NCBI GenBank assembly: GCA_943359455.1
Contig: CALRHL010000004.1
Location: 1-54,916 of the forward strand
Length of the DNA stretch: 54,916 bases
Reading direction: 5' to 3'
Source of the DNA: Candidatus Uhrbacteria bacterium RIFOXYB12_FULL_58_10
GTDB lineage: Bacteria > Patescibacteriota > Patescibacteriia > UBA9934 > GWF2-40-263
A model generated the notes under the pieces. It saw only the letters and a program-made list of their open reading frames with translations, was not told the origin of the DNA and did no database searches. The translations under genes were made by a program, and so were the position numbers. Shown here piece after piece: positions 48,524-54,916 of the stretch. Each line of letters opens with the position of its first letter. Positions within the stretch are counted from its first letter, which is position 1.

Positions 48524-49132
48524 ATGACTGAACCTACTCTTGTAACAGACATCGAAAAACTCGAAGCTCGAAAGAAGTTCCAGCAGGAACAAATTCTAGG
48601 TGGAAAGTCGCAGGCAACATTCGCTGACATGGGGATCTGTACTCCCTACCAGCTCGTTTTCGATCTTGGTGACGACATGTCGTACCAAGGGGCTGAAGCC
48701 GTCAATGCCAAAGTCGCCACCTGCATCGAACAGTGGCTACAAACACAAATCACTCTGTGGGTTGAAAAGGACGCAGGTGATGATCACGCACGACGACTAC
48801 CCGTCGGAGAACTTTCTGTGGCTCGAAGAAAGAAAATGCACCTCAGAAAAGAAGGTGACAGTCCGCCAAAACCGATCTTTGTGATCGAATACGAAGGTAG
48901 TCTCCCTGCCACACACATCGATCAAAACGTTCTTGATCAATCGGTGTACATCGACTTGTGTGCTCTGTACGTGGCGATCGTGTGTGAATGTGGATTTTTT
49001 CCTGCGCTCATTGTCGTAGGTAACCACCACTGGCAGGCAACAATGAACGGAAACGACGCAACGTTCACTAAGCCCCAAGAACCGCAAGGCAATTTCACCG
49101 TCACGAGTAGCCAGGAACCATCAACCCTCTGA
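48524..49132 (+). CDS. hypothetical protein
   Basis: ~200-aa ORF followed directly by terminator gaggca-ttc-tgcctc-T run (49131-49153). Confidence 0.65.
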   Translation: MTEPTLVTDIEKLEARKKFQQEQILGGKSQATFADMGICTPYQLVFDLGDDMSYQGAEAVNAKVATCIEQWLQTQITLWVEKDAGDDHARRLPVGELSVARRKKMHLRKEGDSPPKPIFVIEYEGSLPATHIDQNVLDQSVYIDLCALYVAIVCECGFFPALIVVGNHHWQATMNGNDATFTKPQEPQGNFTVTSSQEPSTL

Positions 49133-49237
49133 GGCATTCTGCCTCTTTTTTTTATCCACCCCTTGCCCTTGCCAAACGAACAAGAACCGTGTATATTTGC
49201 ATTAAATAGCCCCGCGAGGGGCTCTTAGAATACTCTT

Positions 49238-49444
49238 ATGTTGAAAACACAGGCAAAAAAGGCTGTTTCTTATTTCAGGGAATCTAAAGAAGAGCTTGAA
49301 AAAGTTACTTGGCCAACTCGACAGGAAACCATACGCTATTCGATCTTGGTCGTGATCGTTTCTGTATTCATGGCCTTTTTCTTCGCCAGCCTCGACTGGG
49401 CGTTGAATCTAGGTCTTGAACAGCTCATCAGATTGACATCTTAA
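49238..49444 (+). CDS. secE: preprotein translocase subunit SecE
   Basis: ELEKVTWPTR + one TM; upstream of nusG. Confidence 0.93.
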   Translation: MLKTQAKKAVSYFRESKEELEKVTWPTRQETIRYSILVVIVSVFMAFFFASLDWALNLGLEQLIRLTS

Positions 49445-49500
49445 ATTAAGCTCCAAACCTTCGAGTTTCGAGTTTCAACTTTCGATCTTTTTTTACTCCT

Positions 49501-50046
49501 ATGCCAAAGCAAACAGCGAATTATGGTCGGCGTTGGTACGCCATTCACACCTATTCCGGATATGAGGACAATGTGTGTGAAGCGCTTAACCAACGCATCG
49601 ATACCATGGACATGCATGACAAAATCTTTGCTGTGCTCGTTCCAAAAGAGAAAAAAATCAAAATAAAAAATGGAAAACGGAAAACGCTCGAGGAGAAAAT
49701 TTTTCCAGGCTACGTTCTTGTGGAGATGATGGTAGACGACGATTCCTGGTACGTCGTACGTAACACACCAAACGTCACAGGTTTTATTGGCACGGGAACG
49801 ATTCCAACTCCGATAGCTCCAGAAGAAATTGAAGCACTCATGAAACGCGTTGGTGTCGACGAACCAGAAATGACGCTCGATGTCTCAAAAGGTTCTGTTG
49901 TGCAAATTACCGACGGTCCATTCAAAAATTTCGAAGGAAAAGTTTCTGCGATTGATGCAACTCGTGGAAAGATCAAAGTACTCGTAAACATGTTTGGTCG
50001 AGAAACTCCTGTCGAACTCGATTTCCTTCAAGTAAAAAAAATCTAA
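49501..50046 (+). CDS. nusG: transcription termination/antitermination factor NusG
   Basis: WYAIHTYSGYE, FPGYVLV, VRNTPNVTGF, KOW DGPF, MFGRETPVEL. Confidence 0.97.
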   Translation: MPKQTANYGRRWYAIHTYSGYEDNVCEALNQRIDTMDMHDKIFAVLVPKEKKIKIKNGKRKTLEEKIFPGYVLVEMMVDDDSWYVVRNTPNVTGFIGTGTIPTPIAPEEIEALMKRVGVDEPEMTLDVSKGSVVQITDGPFKNFEGKVSAIDATRGKIKVLVNMFGRETPVELDFLQVKKI

Positions 50047-50106
50047 TAATTCACATAGCACTGGTCGCCTCCCTTCGTGGGTTGAATCCAGTCAAACAAA
50101 ACTGCT

Positions 50107-50529
50107 ATGGCAAAGAAAATCTTGACTCAGGTTAAGCTCCAGATTCCAGGTGGAAAAGCGACTCCTGCCCCGCCAGTTGGTCCAGCACTTGGTCAGCACG
50201 GTTTAAACATTGCGGCGTTCGTCAAGCAATTTAACGACGCAACGCAAAGTCGTATTGGTGAGGTGGTGCCAATTATCATCAACGTATATGAAGATCGAAC
50301 GTTCGACTTCATCATGAAAGTTGCTCCCGCTTCTGGACTTATTGCAAAAGCTGCAGGGATAGAAAAAGGCTCTGGAAAACCGCTCACGGAAAAAGTGGGG
50401 AAAATCACGAAGACTCAACTGCGGGAAATCGCCGAAAAAAAATTACCTGATCTTAACACCACCGACATTGACGCTGCGATGAAAATAATCGCTGGCACCG
50501 CGCGTCAAATGGGAGTGGATATTATATGA
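50107..50529 (+). CDS. rplK: 50S ribosomal protein L11
   Basis: [31 protein letters not shown]. Confidence 0.97.
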   Translation: MAKKILTQVKLQIPGGKATPAPPVGPALGQHGLNIAAFVKQFNDATQSRIGEVVPIIINVYEDRTFDFIMKVAPASGLIAKAAGIEKGSGKPLTEKVGKITKTQLREIAEKKLPDLNTTDIDAAMKIIAGTARQMGVDII

Positions 50530-50876
50530 CAAAAGGTGGATCGATCATTCTCAGAATTTACTTCACGCTCGTCTCATTTGTTACGCTCATGATGCTTGTG
50601 TTCTCGGTGTCCGATCTTGTAAACATCGCGCTTAAATCGTTCGTGTTTACGAAAGCCGATACAGGTTATCCAACCTACTGCGATTTGCAATACCAGACAC
50701 AAGAGCAGTGTGACCAACAAAAAGTGCAAAGCTCTGATCAAGCGGTTGTTGAAAAACAACAATCAGCCGTCCGAGACATTTCCCTTCTGCTTGTCGCCGC
50801 ACCTTTGTTCTGGCTCCACTGGAGAATGGTGTATCGGGATTGGATGGATAGTAAAAAGGAAGAAAAAGGAAGTTAA
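50526..50876 (+). CDS. DUF5671-like two-TM membrane protein
   Basis: [11 protein letters not shown] ... [11 protein letters not shown]; ATGA overlap with rplK. Confidence 0.7.
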   Translation: MTKGGSIILRIYFTLVSFVTLMMLVFSVSDLVNIALKSFVFTKADTGYPTYCDLQYQTQEQCDQQKVQSSDQAVVEKQQSAVRDISLLLVAAPLFWLHWRMVYRDWMDSKKEEKGS

Positions 50877-50888
50877 CACATAAAAAAC

Positions 50889-50925
50889 GTGGGAGGTCCG
50901 ACGTATGTCGGACCGTTTGAACCAC
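50889..50925 (+). promoter_or_regulatory. L1-binding translational operator upstream of rplA
   Basis: gtgggag-gtccgac/gtcggac-cgtttgaaccac, the GUGGGAG...ACCAC L1-site architecture. Confidence 0.75.
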
Positions 50926-50933
50926 TTATCGAT

Positions 50934-51614
50934 ATGGGAAAACGATTTGAGACAGCAAAAAAACTCGTTGAGGTGAAGAAAGTTTATTCGGTAACGGATG
51001 CGATCGCGCTTTTGAAAACGTTTCCAAAAGCTGGATTCGATGAGGCGGTTGAATTGCATATAAATCTTGGAATCGATCCAAGCAAAGGTGATCAACAAGT
51101 ACGTGGAACGATTGCATTTCCGCACGGAGTCGGAAAATCGAAACGTGTTATTGCCTTCGTTGAAGCCGCAAAGGAAGCTGAAGCAAAAGCGGCAGGAGCA
51201 GACATCGTTGGTGGCGAAGAGCTTATTGCAGAGATCGCTTCCAAGGGTGTTCTCGACTTTGATGTCGCCGTTGCAACTCCTGCGATGATGCCAAAGATCG
51301 CGAAACTCGCGAAACTTCTCGGACCAAAAGGACTCATGCCGAACCCAAAGAATGATACAGTCGGTCCAAACGTTGCAAAAATGATTGGGGAACAGAAAGC
51401 AGGTAAACAGTCGTTCAAAAACGACACAACGGCGAACATCCATCAAATTGTCGGTCGTGTCTCCATGAGCGAAATTCAGCTCAAAGAAAACCTGACTCCG
51501 TTTATCGACCAGATCCGAAAAATCAAACCAGCGTCGTCAAAAGGAATCTATTTCAAAAACGCGGTTCTCACAACCACGATGGGTCCGGGAATTAAAGTAG
51601 ATCTCAACAGCTAG
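50934..51614 (+). CDS. rplA: 50S ribosomal protein L1
   Basis: FDEAVEL, DQQVRG, PHG.GK, LGPKGLMPNPK, TTMGPG. Confidence 0.97.
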   Translation: MGKRFETAKKLVEVKKVYSVTDAIALLKTFPKAGFDEAVELHINLGIDPSKGDQQVRGTIAFPHGVGKSKRVIAFVEAAKEAEAKAAGADIVGGEELIAEIASKGVLDFDVAVATPAMMPKIAKLAKLLGPKGLMPNPKNDTVGPNVAKMIGEQKAGKQSFKNDTTANIHQIVGRVSMSEIQLKENLTPFIDQIRKIKPASSKGIYFKNAVLTTTMGPGIKVDLNS

Positions 51615-51687
51615 ATCCCGTCAGACGGGGTAGACCCCGTCTGACGGGGTAGACAAAAAGCACCCGTCCGCGATAAGCTGACGGGTG
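51612..51687. repeat. GTAG-type REP-like doublet and second hairpin
   Basis: cccgtcagacgggg-taga-ccccgtctgacggg perfect 14-bp IR; cacccgtc/gacgggtg directly before the dcd-like ATG. Confidence 0.7.
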
Positions 51688-51689
51688 TT

Positions 51690-52343
51690 ATGATTTTATC
51701 TCGCCAAGACATCGTCTCACAGATCAAGTCTGGAGGAATTCGACTCACCCCAGAGCTCGATCAGTTTCAGATGCAGCCGCACGCCATTGATCTGCGTCTT
51801 GGTTATAAGTTTTTGATCCCGCGTAATTGGACGATCGATGAAAAAGGTCGTCGTGCCATTAAAGTTTCGATCGACAATGTCACCGCGCATCCAGAACAGT
51901 TTGATGAGGTCATCCTCCAGCCAGGACAATATTTTGAACTGCTCCCAAATGAATTTGTGATCGGAACATCTCTCGAACGCATAGAAATGAATGCACCAAA
52001 CCTGATGGCGATCCTCTTCCCTCGTACATCCACGAATCGTCGAGGAATCGATCTGTCACTTTCTGGAATCATTGATGTTGGATACAAAGGCCATCTCATC
52101 TTTCCAATGAAAAACGAAGCAGGTGATCAGGTCATCCGGATCTATCCTGGCGAACGTGTTTGCCAAGTTATTTTTGAAGAGTTGAAATCCCCACTAACTC
52201 CAGAGGAGGCAAATCAACACGGACTGTCCGGAGCAAAATACAGCGAGACGACGGATCAGACGTTCAAACTGGACAAAGATGAGGAACGTCGTGCTCTCGT
52301 AGAAGGAAAGCTTGATGAGATGAAAAAACGATTCGGAGTCTAA
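51690..52343 (+). CDS. dcd: dCTP deaminase-family (trimeric dUTPase fold) protein lacking the catalytic Glu
   Basis: MILS, QPHAIDLRLG, L.PNEF, RTSTNR, IDVGYKG, PGERVCQ; FPMKN where Dcd has LE(F/L)xN. Confidence 0.8.
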   Translation: MILSRQDIVSQIKSGGIRLTPELDQFQMQPHAIDLRLGYKFLIPRNWTIDEKGRRAIKVSIDNVTAHPEQFDEVILQPGQYFELLPNEFVIGTSLERIEMNAPNLMAILFPRTSTNRRGIDLSLSGIIDVGYKGHLIFPMKNEAGDQVIRIYPGERVCQVIFEELKSPLTPEEANQHGLSGAKYSETTDQTFKLDKDEERRALVEGKLDEMKKRFGV

Positions 52344-52351
52344 AGAAACCT

Positions 52352-53260
52352 CTAAAGTTGTCTCAAAACATTTTTCATCATCCAACAGGCATCTTCGGGA
52401 GTTTGGTATTCGATATGGTAAACAATCGCGGGATTGCCGCGGGCGAAGCGGGAAACCGATGCGCCTTTTTTTGATAAAAGAACGATTGGTTTGCCGGCCA
52501 TCTGTGCATAGGCGAGTTCTCCTCCAACTCCGAGGGATGTATACGTAACATCGGCCACAATCACGTCTGAGGCACGCACCTGATCGACATCGATCTGCCA
52601 GACTTCTTGTGAGGTACGGCAGTCGTTGGAGCGTGGATCACAATGCATGTGTGGAACATACGGCTTGATGCCGATTTCAAGACAAGCGTCTGCGAGTGAT
52701 TCGTACAGTTTCCGCATCGGTCCATACTCCTCTTCTGGCATGTTTGTCATCGGTCCAGAAATGTAGGAAGACTGAACGGATGGTTTCAATGTCTGTGCAA
52801 ACACATTGTCACGACTAAACCTATCGTGCGCGTCGTCTGTCACGTACAAATCACGAATCCCTGCGTTAATGAGTGTTGTCCAGCACGATTCACAAGCCCA
52901 CCAGTGACCATACATGTACGCATCGGCTCCTATGAGGTCGATTCCACGCTCAGTCGCCATTTTGACCGCCATCTGCTCTGCGTGTCCCGGAGCATCATGA
53001 AGGGTGCACAGATCATATCCTGTCCCAGACGGACAATCTAAAACAACGCGTGGGCAAATATGTACAGTTCCTGCCCCCCGACTAAACCCGTTCCCCGCTG
53101 TCACGAGTACTTCCCCATCCCGCACCATAGCGATTCCGACAGGATAAAGTGTATCTCCTGACTGCTCTGCACGAGCTTTTGCTGCAGAAAGCATAAAACG
53201 GTCGTCGTGAGGAACATACTTGAGCTGACGATCAGATGGCATGTAGGGATAGTCTGGCAT
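52352..53260 (-). CDS. dCMP-deaminase-like domain fused to nucleoside 2-deoxyribosyltransferase/Rcl(DNPH1)-like N-glycosidase domain
   Basis: N-terminal CPR..C.SG.GY.LC, HAE, WACESC, LINAGI; C-terminal YISGPM, PYVPH, D.DQV.ASDVIVAD, SLGVGGELAYA, KPIVLL. Confidence 0.85.
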   Translation of the reverse strand: MPDYPYMPSDRQLKYVPHDDRFMLSAAKARAEQSGDTLYPVGIAMVRDGEVLVTAGNGFSRGAGTVHICPRVVLDCPSGTGYDLCTLHDAPGHAEQMAVKMATERGIDLIGADAYMYGHWWACESCWTTLINAGIRDLYVTDDAHDRFSRDNVFAQTLKPSVQSSYISGPMTNMPEEEYGPMRKLYESLADACLEIGIKPYVPHMHCDPRSNDCRTSQEVWQIDVDQVRASDVIVADVTYTSLGVGGELAYAQMAGKPIVLLSKKGASVSRFARGNPAIVYHIEYQTPEDACWMMKNVLRQL

Positions 53261-53289
53261 AGTAGGAATGCAAAATTCAAAATGAAAAA

Positions 53290-53796
53290 TTATGAAATGG
53301 TAAAATGCATTAAAATTCCTTGCCCAAGCGGTCGTGATTCGATCAACTTCAAATCGATTCGTCCGATCCCAGATACAAGTGGGATCCCTTCACCAAATAG
53401 AACGGGTTCGACGGTTAGGAACAGTTCGTTGACGAGACCTGACTGTAGGAACTGCGAATATACAGATGCACCACCGCAGACAGCGAGATGGGTGACGCCT
53501 TCGTTCTCGAGACGGGCGACGAGAGCAAGGACAGATTCAGAAGTGAACTCGATTCCTTCGACTCGCTCCGCTCGCTCAGGAGATATGGTATGAGTCATAA
53601 CAATCAGCCGTCTTCCCTTCAATGGCTTCCCGAAGGTCTTAAACGTTGTATTCCCCATCACCACCGTCCCAATCTCTTTTGTTTTTTCAACAAAAAAACG
53701 TGTGTCTTCTTTGCTCGTCCATTCAAGCGAAGATTGTCCTGGAGCCTGCCCAATTTTTCCATCCGCACTGATGGCGGCGATAAGGGTGATGATCAT
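53290..53796 (-). CDS. folA: dihydrofolate reductase family protein
   Basis: LIAAISADGKIG, W..KED..FF, VVMGNTTF, KPLKGR, GGASVY; ATGA-coupled to the thyA-like gene. Confidence 0.85.
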   Translation of the reverse strand: MIITLIAAISADGKIGQAPGQSSLEWTSKEDTRFFVEKTKEIGTVVMGNTTFKTFGKPLKGRRLIVMTHTISPERAERVEGIEFTSESVLALVARLENEGVTHLAVCGGASVYSQFLQSGLVNELFLTVEPVLFGEGIPLVSGIGRIDLKLIESRPLGQGILMHFTIS

Positions 53797-54626
53797 AATG
53801 CAATTTGTACTTTTTTCATGGCAGCGCCTGGATTGTACTGACATTGAAACATTTCGATCAGTTCTGTGACGAGTGTAGCATCTGCTTCTAATGCTCGTTG
53901 GAAGGAGTGTTGAGGAAGCTGGCAGATAATTTCTGGATGGACTACGACTTCCCGACCAAGAATATCCTCGACGGCTTCGAACTGATTTTCGTAAATGTGT
54001 GCGTGTGAAATGGAAACCGTGAGTTTACCGACGGCAACAGCGAGCTCTTGCGCAAGCATGGCTTGCAAGAGAGCGAAGTCAGCGGTGTCGTTTGGGTTTC
54101 CAAGTACCATGTCGTTTGATCGGATAACGACGTGAAGATTCAATTTTCCGCCGATGATATTTACCGTCCAGGTGAATGGACACGGAACATTTTTCTTTTT
54201 AGGTGCACGCAATCCATCATCGCTTGGATCCCACATGATGACAACTCCCTGTCGGGATGTCGGTTCCTCACGCAGATGCTCAACCAACTCAATCAACTGG
54301 TCACGACCAAAATGATGACGCCAACGATATCCATACGCGGTCTCAACCGTTCCATCTGCTTCCAAAAAACTATCCCAACCTTTTGTAAACTGTTGCAAAA
54401 AACCAGCGTGCTTATGGCCCGCAATAAACCAGACTGTTTCTGCACAAAAAAACTTTGGAAACATTTTGCGCACGGTCAAGAGAGGAAAACCACTCGCAGG
54501 TTGAAGCTCATACGTCACTCCCGGGATCGCACGCGTCGAAAAACCCGTCCGTTCATTTTGAACAGTCTCCCCTTCGTGGTAAATGCGTCCAAGAGCGTCG
54601 AGATAGACTCGATCAAATGTCGTCAT
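53793..54626 (-). CDS. thyA: thymidylate synthase-fold enzyme with cytosine-nucleotide specificity signature (Asn177->Asp)
   Basis: ERTG, FPLLT.RK, E..WF, YGYRWR, DQL, PC (C149), RSND..LG.PND (D180), HIYENQ. Confidence 0.85.
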   Translation of the reverse strand: MTTFDRVYLDALGRIYHEGETVQNERTGFSTRAIPGVTYELQPASGFPLLTVRKMFPKFFCAETVWFIAGHKHAGFLQQFTKGWDSFLEADGTVETAYGYRWRHHFGRDQLIELVEHLREEPTSRQGVVIMWDPSDDGLRAPKKKNVPCPFTWTVNIIGGKLNLHVVIRSNDMVLGNPNDTADFALLQAMLAQELAVAVGKLTVSISHAHIYENQFEAVEDILGREVVVHPEIICQLPQHSFQRALEADATLVTELIEMFQCQYNPGAAMKKVQIAL

Positions 54627-54695
54627 AACCCACTCATCCTATCAGACCAAACATAACTATCCAAACGTGGACTTTTCGGCTAATATACGACTATT

Positions 54696-54916
54696 ATGCA
54701 ACTGCCTGTGGATATAAAAAGGATTCGTCCAGACGTTCCGTTTCCGGAGTACAAAACTGCTGGGGCGATTGCGTTTGATATCGCCGTTTCAGAAGGCAAA
54801 ACGATGCAACCGGGCGAAACGGTCTTTTTTTCAACAGGATTAGTAGTCTGCACGCCTCCTGGCTATGGCCTCATTATTGCCGGACGATCATCAAACGCAA
54901 AAAAACAGATTACCCT
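54696..54916 (+). CDS. dut: trimeric dUTPase-like protein, 5' part (runs off window; absent from ORF track)
   Basis: my translation MQLPVDIKRIRPDVPFPEYKTAGAIAFDI...PGE....TGL....PPGY...IAGRSS. Confidence 0.8.
   Translation, partial: MQLPVDIKRIRPDVPFPEYKTAGAIAFDIAVSEGKTMQPGETVFFSTGLVVCTPPGYGLIIAGRSSNAKKQIT

Overview
Genomic window of a small-genome bacterium. It looks like Patescibacteria/CPR, possibly Uhrbacteria-like; this is an inference from gene content, short proS/tsf, GxGC lipoboxes and leaderless-type genes. TGA is used as stop, so code 11. The backbone is housekeeping: ndk, split comEC, ugd, leuS, gdhA, trxAB, infB, truB, rny, hup, proS, tsf-rpsB, queA, rpmE-prfA, prmC, rplY, rodA, gyrB, secE-nusG-rplK-rplA. 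Four things stand out. (1) A pyrimidine-nucleotide cluster at the right end. Its ThyA homologue carries the Asn->Asp cytosine-specificity substitution and is coupled to DHFR and a dCMP-deaminase/N-glycosidase fusion. It sits next to a Dcd homologue lacking the catalytic Glu, which suggests a dCMP->5-methyl-dCMP->dTMP route or a modified-cytosine pathway. (2) Three 600-800 nt ORF-free, hairpin-dense intervals, each bounded by a strong sigma70 promoter and an intrinsic terminator. These are candidate large ncRNAs; two are divergent around a 68-aa orphan ORF. (3) An accessory block with an SLT+M15-like peptidoglycan hydrolase, a MoxR-type AAA+/vWA pair and a degenerate PP2C. (4) Many MITE/REP-like and 7/9-nt periodic repeats, several inserted in frame in essential genes. 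All calls come from reading motifs by eye; no database search or folding program was run.
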